DNA from: Octopus sinensis
Taxonomy: Eukaryota
Assembly: GCF_006345805.1 (NCBI RefSeq)
Contig: NC_043018.1
Span: 21,948,001-22,012,000, forward strand
DNA length: 64,000 nucleotides
Direction: 5' to 3'
Below are positions 1 to 12,763 of the stretch, piece after piece. The notes below the pieces were generated by a model, which was not told where the DNA came from, made no database searches, and saw nothing but the letters and a program-made list of their open reading frames with translations. Both the position numbers and the translations under genes were made by a program. Positions within the stretch are counted from its first letter, which is position 1; every line of letters starts with the position of its first letter.

Positions 1-360
1 AAAATAGTAAATAATGTTTCCAAGTAATGGTTTTACTATATTATAGTAAACACAAATGGCTAAACACATCTTTAACCAGACATAATAACTAAATAGACAG
101 AAAATAGATATGACCTGTTCTTTTGTCGAAAACTGCTGCTGCTGCTGTTGATGTTGTTGTTGTTCTAACTACTACTGCTGCTGCTGCCTTCTCTGCCTCT
201 CATTCACTCACTAACTCTCTGTCTATCTAATTCCATGCTACCTCCCTTACTCTTTCCTGTCTGTCTTCTTTCTCTATGTCTCCCTTACTCTTTCCTGTCT
301 GTCTCTTTCTCTGTGTCTCTCCCTTACTCTTTCCTGTCTGTCTGTCTTCTTCTCTATGTC

Positions 361-655
361 TCTCTCTTACTCTTTTTCTCCCTCTCTGTTTCTCATCCTT
401 TACACCCTCACTTGATTCTCTTACTTATAAACTAGCACCTCTCTGTCTCTCTTTCTCTCTCTTACTCTTTTTCTCCCTCTCTGTTTCTCATCCTTTACAC
501 CCTCACTTGATTCTCTTACTTATAAACTAGCACCTCTCTGTCTCTCTTTCTCTCTCTTACTCTTTTTCTCCCTCTCTGTTTCTCATCCTTTACACCCCTC
601 ACTTGATTCTCTTACTTATAAACTAGCACCTCTCTGTCTCTCTCTTTCTCTGTCT
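361..655. repeat. Tandem repeat, 95-nt unit x3, in a CT-rich tract
   Basis: CTTACTCTTTTTCTCCC recurs at 366, 461 and 556. Confidence 0.85.
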
Positions 656-2789
656 CTCTTTCATTGCATGAAACCTCCCTCCCTTCTTTCTATTTGTCTG
701 TCTCTCTCTTACACTCTTACTCTTTCACTTCGTTTACTCCTTCTACTATTTCTTTCATTTATAAACTAACCCTCTCTATCTCTTATTACATGCTACTCCC
801 TCACTCCTTTCTGTCTTTCTCCCTCTCTCACTTTCTCTCTTACAAAATCTCTTATAAACTAAGATTCTCTCTCATTTAATGATAACTCTCTTACCCCTCT
901 CTTTCTCAATATTCAATGATTCTCATACTATTCCTCTTGCTTACTTCCTCTTTCTCTTATTGATCCCCCTCTGCCTATTTATTTATTATTTCTTTTACCA
1001 TTCCTCTCATTTACCACTCTCTCTCTCTCTATCTATCTTCATGCTATGATATTACCCTTTATCTCTCTCATCATTCACTGATTCTCCTTCTCTACCTCTC
1101 TCATTACTTAATGCTTCTCTTCCTATTCCTCCTTCTCTCCCTCACATATTTACTACATCTCTGTACTCACTCTCTCATATCATGTTACCTCACTTAACTC
1201 TCTCTCTCTCTCACACACATTTATATATATACTTCTCATCACTTACTCTCTCATACTGTTACTTCTCTAAAACTCACTCTCTCAAACTCAGACCAAACTA
1301 CCTTTCTTACTCCCCTTCCTCTCTTTCATCATTCACAGACTCTCCAATTGATCCACCTCCCTCATTCACTTTACTTCATCTCTTCCCCTCTCTAACCATT
1401 CTCTCTCTCTCTCTCTATTCAGTCAGAAACACCACTCACCTTGCTATCTCTCTCCTCATCTCTTCATTTATTTTATCTAAAACATACTAAAATCACTCAC
1501 ATTTTTTTTTTTCATTTTCCCCTTCATTCTCTCTCATTCCATATATTTCACAATCTATCTCTTCCTTCACTTACTTCGTCTTAATCCATCCCTTTTTTCT
1601 TCTCACCCACTATTTCTTGTGCCCTTCATTCACACCGCTCCCCCTTTAAACCCTTCTTCCATAGTTTCAAGCGGATGTATGTGTGTGTAATTATCCAACC
1701 GTGCCAAACACAAGTTTATGCGTATGTGTGCGTATCTGTACTTGCGTGTACTCCGTATGTATGTATGTGTATATATATATATGTGTGTGTGTATCTGTAT
1801 GAATGTGCGTGCCTCTGTAACCTATGCGTCATTATGTGCGGGGCTTAGGAGCAGGAAACGTGTTGAGCGCATGCGTATAAACAGCACGATAAAAACAGCT
1901 GTAGGAGGAGGAGGGAGAGGAGAGACGGTAGTAGAGGGAGGAAGTATGGCGAAGAGAGAGTAGCAGGTGACTACACATAGTTAGAGAGAGTGACTGGAAA
2001 AGAGAAAGAAAGAGTGTGTGTGAGAGAGAGAGAGTATGAGGGAGAGACTGAATGAAAGGAGAAAGAGAGAGACTCAATGAAAGAAATAGAAAGAGTAAGG
2101 GAGAATAACTAGAGAGAGACAGAGAGCGTGTCAAAGAGACTGATGGAAAGTGTGAGGGAGGGAGTGACTAAAAGAAGTGAGTGTGCGTGAGAGAGAGACT
2201 GATAGAAAGTGTAAGAAAGTGAAAGAGTGTGCATGAGAGAGAGACTGAATGAAAGAGAGAGATAGGGATAGAGAGAAAGATTCACTGAAAGAGAGAAAAA
2301 GTGTATGTGTCAGTGACTAAATAAAAGAAAGAGTGCGTGCGAGAGACCGACTGAAAGTTAGAAAGAGTGTGTGAGAAAGAGAGAAAGATTGTATGTCGGA
2401 GAAACGAACGGATTAAGAGAGAAAGAGTGTGAGTGAAAACATGCGTGCGTGTGCGCGTGAGTGAGTGAGCGCATGGAGTGACCAAGTAGGGGGAGATAAA
2501 TATGAATAATTCAAACAGTGTTGGGGGCCGCTTACGTCGCTATCGGCGCACTTTGCATACCTCGTTCTATGACAAATGATGTCCGTATGTGTGGTAAGAG
2601 AAAGCTCAGCTCAAAAGGTGTGCCTAGATAATGTGAACTATACATACGGTGAGAAGGAGAGGAAAGCGACATAGATAATCGATTCTGTGTTTAGTTTGAG
2701 AGCAGCCAAGATGGACTATTTTGAAGAAAAAAGAGAGAAAAACAATTGATCTATATCGAGAATTTATATATAGTGTTTCCGCGTGTGTG

Positions 2790-2833
<44 letters not shown>

Positions 2834-3929
2834 GTTTGTATGTATGTGTAAATATGTGTGTGTGTGTGTGTGTTTGTATGTATATGCGTGTATGTGTAAA
2901 TATATATGTGTTGGAGAATGTGAATATGTGTATGTATGTATATATGTGCATGAATGTATATGTATGTATTTATACGTATACATATATATATATATATATA
3001 TAATATACTGTTTATGTACGTATATATAAGTATATCATTATATGTACACGTATACATACACCCATATATATATATACACACATACGTGTATATATATATA
3101 TAGACAAAGATATAGATATATATGTATCAAGACGTGTATGTATGTTTGTCTATATCTGCATCCACTCGCACATACATGTGTACTCGTATGTATGTAAATG
3201 TGTATATAAGAATTTTTTTTTTAAATTCAGCAGTAGAAATTGTAAAGCCTGGCTGATATGTGTGTATTGTCCGATTTCAGATACACTATCGATTGGGAAA
3301 GAACATGTAGCAATAAGGGGAGGTAATTTGTGGAGGGTTTTCAATTGGTATAAATGCATAGAGAGGTGGAGGAAGGAGACGAGATGTTGAGCTAGAAGGT
3401 GAACGAGGGAGTAATCAGATTGGAGAGAGTAAGATTAGAAAGGGGGAGAAGTAAGAGAAAAAGTAATAAATAAGAGAGTAGTAGTAGAAGGGAAAAAATT
3501 TAGAACGAGTAGAAAGGTAGAGTGAGGGAGGACACGGGACAAAAGTGCGTGAGAGAGAGAGAGATAGTCATGCATTAAAGGAGTGGGAAGAGAGTAGATA
3601 GTGTGAAAGCAGTGAGGAAAAGAGAGGCAGTAAGAATTAGAATGTGGAAAATGGAAAGTCCTCAATATATAAGAGGCAAATTGAGAGAAAAAGAATTATT
3701 TGACACCATAGGCAAGTGTCTTCTGTTAGAGCCCTGGGCCAACGAAAGCCTTGTTAGTGGATTTGGTAGATGGAAACTAAAAGAAGCCTGTCAAATATAC
3801 ATACAAATATATAAGTATGTATGTATCTTCTAGCAATGCAGGTGTTTCTAACATCCAAGTTGTATGTAGTGACAATTATAGTTTTCCTATTTGGTAAAAC
3901 GTTACATATGCGTCTAAATTAATTTTAAT

Positions 3930-3993
<64 letters not shown>

Positions 3994-4106
3994 CAATATA
4001 TATATACATATATAATATATAAATATATATATATAATATTATATATATACATATATATATACATATACATATATATATATATAGTGTTGTGTGTGTGTGG
4101 TGTATG

Positions 4107-4290
4107 ATCATCATTTAACGGCCGTTCTCCATGCTAGCATGGGTTGGACGGTTCGACCGGGGATCTGGGAAGCCAGAAGGCTGCACCAGGCTCCAGTCTG
4201 ATCTGGCAGTGTTTCTACAGCTGGATGCCCTTCCTAACGCCAACCACTCCGTGAGTGTAGTGGGTGCTTTTTACGTGCCAGGCGAGGCTG
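4107..4290 (-). mobile_element. Ceph-domain-type SINE 3' part with RTE-like (GAT)n tail
   Basis: GGTTGGCGTTAGGAAGGGCATCCAGCTGTAGAAA...GCTAGCATGGA...TTAAA(TGA)n; more than 10 copies in the window. Confidence 0.75.
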
Positions 4291-4295
4291 ATATT

Positions 4296-4326
<31 letters not shown>

Positions 4327-4401
4327 ATATATGTTAAATTAAATGAGACAACAAAGCCAAGGCAGTGTGAAATTTCTAGGACATTTATAAAGAGAACGGT
4401 A

Positions 4402-4449
4402 GTCTTACAGCTGTTTCGGGGATAAGAAGGATATCCCTTCATCAGAGAT
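4402..4449 (-). ncRNA. Minimal type I hammerhead ribozyme motif (Penelope-type)
   Basis: TCT-CTGATGA-A-GGGATA...TATCCC-C-GAAAC-AGCT-GTA-AGA: both core boxes, stem II, palindromic stem III, 3-bp stem I. Confidence 0.6.
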
Positions 4450-4596
4450 GATATGAGAGAGTTAAATAGAATGGAATAGTAGAGTTCAATATAAGAAGTT
4501 ATTTTGGGTCTTCTGGATACCAAAACCTCTACATGTTTATATATATTATATATATATTATATACATGCATACAACATACATACATACATATGTAAG

Positions 4597-4642
<46 letters not shown>

Positions 4643-4817
4643 ACAAGCTTCTTTCAGTTTCCGTTTACCAAATCCATTCACAAGGCTTAGGTCAAGGCTA
4701 AAGTAGAAGACACTTGCCCAAGGTGCTATGCAGTGGGACTGAACCCAGAACTATGTGGTCGAGAAGTGAGCTTCTTACCACACAGCCACATCTGATAGAA
4801 GCCATTGTTGTGTATGT

Positions 4818-4949
4818 AAGAAAAGAAAATGGAGATAAGGAAGTTAACAATTATTTTTTATTAACAATTGGTTGTTGTTAAGAAGCGAAGATGACCAATG
4901 TGTCAATAATAAATAATTGTTGACTTCCTTTTCTCCACTTTCTTTTCTT
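4818..4949. repeat. Inverted repeat (about 55-nt arms)
   Basis: AGAAAATGGAGATAAGGAAGTTAACAATTATTT versus AAATAATTGTTGACTTCCTTTTCTCCACTTTCT. Confidence 0.65.
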
Positions 4950-5105
4950 CTTTTGACTGGATATAAACTATTTGTTTAATATACATCGATTGTTTTAAGG
5001 CAATTTCATTCACCAATAATACTAGGTACTGAACCAGTATTTCCTTGGATGCAACCATCCTTTCAGAAGGTTAACATATCCTCCAGTTAAATTTATATAT
5101 TTATA

Positions 5106-5499
5106 CTAGCAGTATCGCCCGGCGTTGCTCGGGTTTGTAAGGGAAATAACTATATAAGCATTTTTTGAGATGTAAAGTATAATAGCCATCTCAATATGGC
5201 TAACCACAAAGGGGGGGGGGTGTTACTGTAGCTTTTTACGTTCTGAGATTTAATAATAAATTTTTAGAGAGTTACTTCCCTTATATATGCCAAAAATGCA
5301 TAAAAATGGGAAAAATTGATGGTAAATTTTTTTTAAATTGTAGACTCATCGTAGACATGCGCTAATACCCAGAAGGGCTCGATATGAATCACAACTATAA
5401 GATACCCGGTTTTGGTTAAACTGCACCGCAAAATGTGGGAGTAGTTAGGAATCTAAATCGTAGGAGACAGACACACAACCTCTCTTTTATATATAAAGA
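5106..5499 (-). mobile_element. Non-autonomous Helitron
   Basis: On minus: A|TCTTTATATATAAAA ... hairpin CCCGAGCAACGCCGGG, 8 nt, CTAG|T; no TSD; ends shared with 63138-63650. Confidence 0.7.
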
Positions 5500-5731
5500 T
5501 ATATATATACTGTTGTGTCTGGGGAGAGTCATTCTCTTGAGTCAAAACTATTGAAAAGGTTGCAAGACACAACGAAAATTTTAGAAAATAAAAATAGGAA
5601 ATAAGTGGAAATTTTACCGGTGAGTGTGTTAAATAATAAGGCACTAAAAGAGAATGACTCTCCCCGGACACAACAGAATATGCTTCAACACACGAACTCA
5701 TATAAAGAATCTTGCAAACCAAATCCCAAAA

Positions 5732-5793
<62 letters not shown>

Positions 5794-5824
5794 TTTTTGA
5801 AGTGATGTACAGATATTGTATATT

Positions 5825-6074
5825 TAGAATAGTAGGTTAGTCAGAATGTTGGATGATTATTTATATATTTTTATTATTTACATTTTTAGCACTTTCTTCC
5901 ATTATTGGATTTATCAAAAAGTGGTTTAAAGTTAGATTTTTATAGATAAAAAGGCCAAGAAGTCTAACTTTAAACCACTTTTTGATAAATCCAAGAATGG
6001 GAGAATGTGCTAAAAATGTGAATAATAAAAAAATACATATAATTATCCAACATTCTGACTACCTTATTATTCTA
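5825..6074. repeat. Inverted repeat (about 110-nt arms, about 20-nt spacer)
   Basis: TTGGATTTATCAAAAAGTGGTTTAAAGTTAGA and its reverse complement TCTAACTTTAAACCACTTTTTGATAAATCCAA. Confidence 0.8.
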
Positions 6075-6639
6075 TATATATTTATTTATATATAATACCA
6101 TGTAAGTTAGGGGTTATGGATCCAACCCACTAAGGGATAGTATTTATCCAATATACTGTTGGTAAAGTACCCAGATTCTTAATACATAAATGTTTTTAAT
6201 TGCAATGCAATAAACTTATTTATTATATTAAACAGGTGAAGGTAAAGAAATATTTTACCGTTAATTTATAATACAAATAAGAAAATGGAGAAACAATTTA
6301 GTTTGTTCATCAGCTTTCGGATATTAGAATGTTGAATTATTTATTAATTTAACAAAAATAAGAACCTTAATAGCATACATATATACATTATAATTCAATG
6401 CATATAAGATAAGAATACAATTATAAAAATCATGGTATAAATTATTGAAATCATTAAAATCATTCTTACAGCTGTTTCAGCCTATGGATAAAAGTTTCTT
6501 TTTATTGCCTATAGTTGTCAAAAGTGTTAAATTATTAAATTATTAAAACAGCTCGAAAACATTCAAATGTAACTCCTTGTTTCAAAGGTAACAATTCCAA
6601 AAAGTAATAACAACAAAACAGCAACAATGAAGCAATAAC

Positions 6640-7022
6640 ATCATCATCATCATCATCATCGTTTAACGTCCGTTCTCCATGCTAGCATGGGTTGGACGGT
6701 TCGACCGGGGATCTGGGAAGCCAGAAGGCTGCACCAGGCTCCGGTCTTATCTGGCAATGTTTCTACAGCTGGATGCCCTTCCTAACGCCAACCACTCCGT
6801 GAGTGTAGTGGGTGCTTTTTACGTGCCACCTGCACTGGTGCCAGGCGAGGCTGGCATCGGCCACGGTCGGATTGGTGCATTTTACGTGCCACCTGCACGG
6901 AAGCCAGTCGAGGCGGCACTGGCTTCGGCCATGATTCGGATGGTGCTTTTTACGTGCCACCAACACGGAAGCCAGTCGAGGCGGTGCTGGCATCGGCCAT
7001 GATTCGGATAGTGCTTTTTACA
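6640..7022 (-). mobile_element. Ceph-domain-type SINE with internal ~60-nt tandem units
   Basis: Same tail as 4107-4290, plus repeated GGTGCTTTTTACGTGCCAC units. Confidence 0.8.
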
Positions 7023-7104
7023 TCAGCAAAAATTCTTACCAAGAGGAAAGACACATGTTAACTCTTGTAAGGTAAGCAAGCTACTTACCACATGGCCACT
7101 CCTG

Positions 7105-7815
7105 CGTACTATAGGTACAAGGTCTGAAATTTTAGGAGGAGGAGTTAGTTGATCCCGTCGATCCCATCGCAAGTCCCTGAAAGGATGAAAGATAAAGTCG
7201 ACTTTGGTGGAATTAGAACTCATAACATAAAACCAGAAGAAATGCCACAAACCATTTTCTCTGGCATGCTAACGATTCCACCAGCTCACACTGCCTTATT
7301 GTTAATAATTAGTAATAAGGGTTTCAAATTTTGGCACAAGGCCAGCAATTTCGAGGGAGAGGGTATATCAACTCCAGTGCTCGACTGGTACTTATTTTAT
7401 CAACCATGAAGGGACGAAAGGCAAAGTCGACCTTGGTGGAATTTGAACTCAGAAGGTAAAGATAGAAAAAAATGCTGCAAAGCATTTCATCTGACATGCT
7501 AAGGATTCTGCCAACTTGCCACATTAATAATGATGATGATGGTGGTGGTGGTGGTGGTGGTGGCGGTGGTGACGGTGGCGATGGTGGTGGTGATAATGAT
7601 GATAGTGATGATGATGATGATGATGATGATAACAGCAACAACAACAATAATAATCCTTTCTACTGGAGGCACAAGGCCTCAAATTTGGAGGGGTGGGGAC
7701 TAGTCGATTAAATGGACCCCAGTGTTTCACTGGTACTTAATTTATTGACCCCCCCCCCACCGTAAGGTTGAAAGGCAAAGTTGACCTTGGCGGAATTTGA
7801 ACCCAGAACATAAGG
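7105..7815 (-). mobile_element. Three decayed Nin/Deu-domain-type SINE copies with a GGT/GAT microsatellite
   Basis: Repeated GAAAGGCAAAGTCGACCT(T/C)GG(C/T)GGAATTTGAACTCAGAA. Confidence 0.65.
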
Positions 7816-7859
7816 AGCCAAAATGTTAAAGAGGGTTTTAAAATTGATAAATGGAAGGA

Positions 7860-9480
7860 AACGTTGTGAATATAATGTAGAGAATTATAAATGAGACATA
7901 TTGGAAAGAGAGAGGCAGGGAGAGAATGAGGAGAGATGACCTCAGGTGAAAAGAGAGGGGGAAATAAAAAGAATGAGAGAATGATAGCGAGAGAGGGAGT
8001 GAGATAGTGTGTGTGATAGCAAGAGAAGGAAGAGAGAGAGAGAGAGAGAGAGAGAGTGTGTGATAGCAAGAGAGAGAGAGAGTGTGTGTGATAGCAAGAG
8101 AGAGAGAGTGTGTGTGTGTGATAGCAAGAGAGAGAGAGAGGAGAGAGAGTGTGTGTGTGTGATAGCAAGAGAGAGAGAGAGAGAGAGCGTGTGTGTGTGT
8201 GTGTGATAGCAAGAGAGAGAGAGAGAGTGTGTGTGATTGCAAAAGAGAGAGATAGAAAGAGAGAGAGAGTATATGTGTTTGTGTGTAATAGCAAAAGAGA
8301 GAAAAAGTGTGAGAGAGAGAATGAGTGAGTGAGTGAACAATGGAGAGAAATAGTAAGACAGAGAGAGAGAAAGAGAGAGAGAGAGAGAAAGAAAGAAAGA
8401 GCATGCAAGAATGATTGATAGTGACTGACAGAAACAGAGATAGCACAGAGGGAGAGAAAGAATGAGCGAGAGGGAGAGAGACAGACAGACAGAGACAGAG
8501 AATAATAGTCAGGAAAAGATAGGTGAAAAGAAAAAGAAATGAAAGAATGAATTTATAGTGAATGAGCGAAAGTGTAAAAGAGAAGAGTGAGTGGGCATAG
8601 TAAAAGGAGGGGAAGTAAGAGCAGTGAATACGTGAAAGGGTAAGAGAGACCAGAGAGTAAGTGCAATGTAAAAGGAGAAAGAATAAAAGAGAGAAGAGAG
8701 TAAGTATTGCAATGGGAGGGAGTAAGAGTTGTGAAAGTATAAGAGAGAAGAGGGGGTTGAAGTTGGGTAAGAGTGAAGGTATAAGAGAGAGAAGAGAGTA
8801 AGTATAGTGAGAGAGAGAGAGAGAGGAGTAAGAGTAGTGAAGGAGTGAAAGTGTATGAGAAATGAGAGAGTAAGACTTGTGTGAGAAGAGAAAGAGATAA
8901 GAGTGATGTGGTGAAGGATAAGAATAAGAGATAGTGAAAGGGTAAGAGTGATGAAAGGGTAAGAAGTAGTGAAAGAGTAAGAGATAAGAGAGAGAGAGTA
9001 CGAGACAGTGAAAGTATAAGGGAGATGAGGGAGTAAGAGTAGTGAAGGGATGAAAGTGTATGAGAAATGAGAGAGTAAGACTTGTGTGAGAAGAGTAAGA
9101 GATAAGAGTGATGTGGTAAAGGATAAGAATAAGAGATAGTGAAAGGCTAAGAGTGATGAAAGGGTAAGAAATAGTGAAAGAGTAAGAGATAAGAGAGAGA
9201 GTACGAGACAGTGAAAGTATGAGGGAGTAAGAGTAGTGATGAAAGAGTAAGACTTGTGTGAGAAGAGTAAGAGATAAGAGTGATGTGGTAAAGGATAAGA
9301 ATAAGAGATAGTGAAAGGCTAAGAGTGATGAAAGGGTAAGAAATAGTGAAAGAGTAAGAGATAAGAGAGAGAGTACGAGACAGTGAAAGTATAAGGGAGA
9401 TGAGGGAGTGAGAGATTGCGAAAGAGTAAGAAATTATGAGAGGGTGAAAGGCAAAGAGAAGAGAGAGACAAGGTAGGAGA
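7860..9480. repeat. Purine-rich low-complexity tract with compound GA/GT microsatellite and 150-180-nt tandem units
   Basis: GTGATAGCAAGAGAG units; GAGTAAGACTTGTGTGAGAAGAG recurs three times. Confidence 0.8.
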
Positions 9481-9626
9481 AATTATATGTAATTAGACAT
9501 GAGACATTATTAGAAGTGAAGTTGACATAGATGAGAGTAGACTCAGCAGAGGAATAATGTAATAATAACAATGTTGTTGTTGGTGGTGGTGGTGGTGTTT
9601 AGTCCCAGGTCAACACAGAGACAGCA

Positions 9627-10075
9627 GACACATGTATGATCAAAAGGGTTCCAGACATGACCATCAAGTCATTTTTGAGAATGCGTCTAAGATTGTATTA
9701 AATTATATGTGTATGTGTGTGCAGTGTGTGTGTGTGTGTGTGACACATGTATGACCAAAAGGGTTCCAGATGTGACCATCAAGTCATTTTTAAGAATGCG
9801 TCTAAGATTATATTATTTGTGTATGTGCATGTGTGTGTGTGTTGTGTGTGTGTGTGTGTGACACATGTATGATCAAAAGGGTTCCAGATGTGACCATCAA
9901 GTCATTTTTGAGAATGCGTCTAAGATTATATTATTTGCGTATGTGCATGTGTGTGTGTGTGACACATGTATGATCAAAAGGGTTCCAGATGTGACCATCA
10001 AGTCATTTTTGAGAATGCGTCTAAGATTATATTATTTGCGTATGTGCATGTGTGTGTGTGTGTGTGTGTGTGCAT
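9627..10075. repeat. Tandem repeat x4 (100-120 nt) with variable (TG)n
   Basis: GACACATGTATGAYCAAAAGGGTTCCAGA starts at 9627, 9742, 9860 and 9961. Confidence 0.9.
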
Positions 10076-11017
10076 GCATGTGTGTGCGCATGTGTGTGTA
10101 TGAATATATGTATAGATTGTTTTGTTGTGCTGTGCAGATTTTGTATAGTAAGAAAATGGAGGCTGAGTCTGAATTTTGGATAATTATTTATTTAGCGCTT
10201 TCATCTTGTTTCAGAGAATTATCAGAAGTGATGATTCTCAAAAAAAAAAAAGAGATAGAAGCACTAAATAAATAATTATCCAAAATTCAGACTACTTCCT
10301 CTTACAATATATATATATATGTATGTATGAATGTATGTATGTTTTTATGTATGTATGTGTGTGTGTGTATATATATATAAATAATATAGGTGGCTTGTTT
10401 GCAATTTTACAACAAATATATATATAAATCCCAATTGAGGAGTGGAACAGGTAAAATGCACACTACATATGTTTCTTAGCTAACTGAATTTCTTATGTAA
10501 CTCTTGATGCCATCATCATCATCATCATCATTTAGCGTCCGCTTTCCATGCTAGCATGGGTTGGACAGTTCAACTGGGGTCTGTGAAGCTGGAAGGCTTC
10601 ATCAGGCCCAGTCAGATCTGGCAGTGTTTCTATGGCTGGATACCCTTCCTAACGCCAACCACTAACGCCAATAAATCTTTAATGTTCCTTATCATACACT
10701 GTAAAACTTTTTGTTTTTTATATATGCCTGCTATGCTCTGCTTGAAGCTAACTAACATCCTTCACTTTCTCTATTTGTTTTTTTTCATTGTTCAATAAAA
10801 AGTTTGTTTCTATGTTTTTGTTTTTATGTTTTCGTTCTCATTGTGTTCAACGCTTTTTTTTATGTCCTGTACCCATATATGCATGTATATATACATATAT
10901 ATATAGGTATGTACACATATATGCATGTATATATACATATATATATAGGTATGTATATATGCATATATTTATATATTATTTATATTATTATATGATCGAA
11001 CGCCACGCATCCTTTTC

Positions 11018-11390
11018 TAGCATGGGTTGGATGGTTCAACTGGGGTCTGGGAAGCCAGAAGGCTGCACCAGACCCAGTCTGATCAGGCAATGTTTCTATG
11101 GCTGGATGCCCTTCCTAACGCCAACCACTCCGTGAGTGTAGTGGGTGCTTTTTAGGTACCAGACAGGGCTGGCAAATGGCCATGATCGGATGGTGCTTTT
11201 TACGTGTCACCGGCACGGGGGTCAGACAAGGCTGGCAACGGCCACAATCGGATGGTGCTTTTTACGTGCCACCGGCACAGGTACCAGACAGGGCTGGCAA
11301 ATGGCCACGATCGGATGGTGCATTTTACGTGCCACCGACACGGAGACCAGACGAAGCTGGCAACGGCCATGGTCGGATAGTGCTTTTTAT
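11018..11390 (-). mobile_element. Ceph-domain-type SINE with internal tandem units
   Basis: Family match to 6640-7022; ~55-nt units. Confidence 0.75.
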
Positions 11391-11452
11391 GTATGTATGT
11401 ATGTATGTATAGGCCATCTTCTAGTTTTATGTTGCCTGTTTATATATATTAT

Positions 11453-11618
11453 TCTTTTACTTGTTTCTGTCGTCTGACTGTGGCCACACTGGAGCATTAC
11501 CTTGAAGTGTCTTAGTCAAACAAATCGACCCCAGGACTTTTTTTTTTTTAGTACTTATTCTATTGATTTCTTTTGCTGAACCCTAAGTTACGAGGACGTA
11601 AACACACCAACACCAACG

Positions 11619-11649
<31 letters not shown>

Positions 11650-12071
11650 ACACAATGGGCTTCTTTCAGTTTCCATCTACCAGATCCACTCACAAGGCTT
11701 TGGTCAGCCAGAGGTTATAGTAGAAGACACTTGCCCAAGGTGCCACACAGTGGAACTGAACCTGGAACCATGTGGTTGGGAAGCAAACTTCTTGTCACAC
11801 AGCCACATACACACATATATAAATATGCATGTATATCTCTCTCTTTTACTCTTTTACTTGTTTCAGTCATTTGACTGCGGCCATGCTGGAGCACCACCTT
11901 TAATCGAGCAACTCGACCCCGGGACTTATTCTTTTGTAAGTCCAGTACTTATTCTATCGGTCTGTTTTGCCGAACCGCTAAGTAACTGGGACATAAACAC
12001 ACCAGCATCGGTTGTCAAGCAATGCTAGGGGGACAAACACAGACACACAAAACACACACATGTATATATTA

Positions 12072-12106
<35 letters not shown>

Positions 12107-12284
12107 ATATACACAATTACAACGGGCTTCTTTCAGTTTCTGTCTACCAAATCCACTCACAAGGCTTTGGTCGGCCCGAGGCTATAGTAGAAGACACTTG
12201 CCCAAGGTGCCACGCAGTGGGACTGAACACGGAACCATGTGGTTGGTAAACAAGCTACTTACCACACAGCCACTCCTGCGCCTA
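11453..12284 (-). mobile_element. Two tandem tRNA-derived CORE-like SINEs (11453-11806, 11843-12284)
   Basis: A box TGGCTGTGTGG, B box GTTCAGTCCC, CCTTGGGCAAGTG, central TA/CA microsatellite, tail GAAACAAGTAAAAGAG. Confidence 0.85.
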
Positions 12285-12714
12285 TGCTTACATATATTTT
12301 TTATATAGTTTTATATATGGTTACATCTTCAGTTTAGCTAGGTTCTAACCTCTAGTAAATAGATTACATACTAGTTGAAACAAGGCACGCTTTCACCAGG
12401 GTTAGTAGTCAGGTACCTGTGTAGCTTGGTTGGACCCGGCGGAGTATAATCCCTGCTACCATAGCTACAAAACAACCATTGTCTTTGTTGCACTGTTATG
12501 GGGTACTGAAATCGGGTTTTGCAATAGATATAGATATGTGTGTGTGTGGGGGGGTGATGATAATCATCATATTATGTCCGCTTGCATTGACACACACTCA
12601 ACCAGGAAATCCAACTTTGATCTTTTTACTTTCATGCGCTGGTGTATCTCAGGCAACATGGTTATGATATAGTATATATATACATACATACATACATATA
12701 TATGTGTGAGTGTT

Positions 12715-12763
<49 letters not shown>

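Noticed and set aside
4131-4337. Recurrent [21 protein letters not shown] family (also 6679, 21324, 22663, 38604)
   Set aside because: Antisense reading of a SINE tail; ends vary randomly with flanking sequence.
7472-8446. Poly-Gly/Asp/His and SL/HT-rich ORFs
   Set aside because: Translations of GGT/GAT and GA/GT microsatellites; no splice or domain support.
9627-10075. Repeat-spacer-like array
   Set aside because: The apparent spacers are only (TG)n length variants; ordinary tandem repeat.
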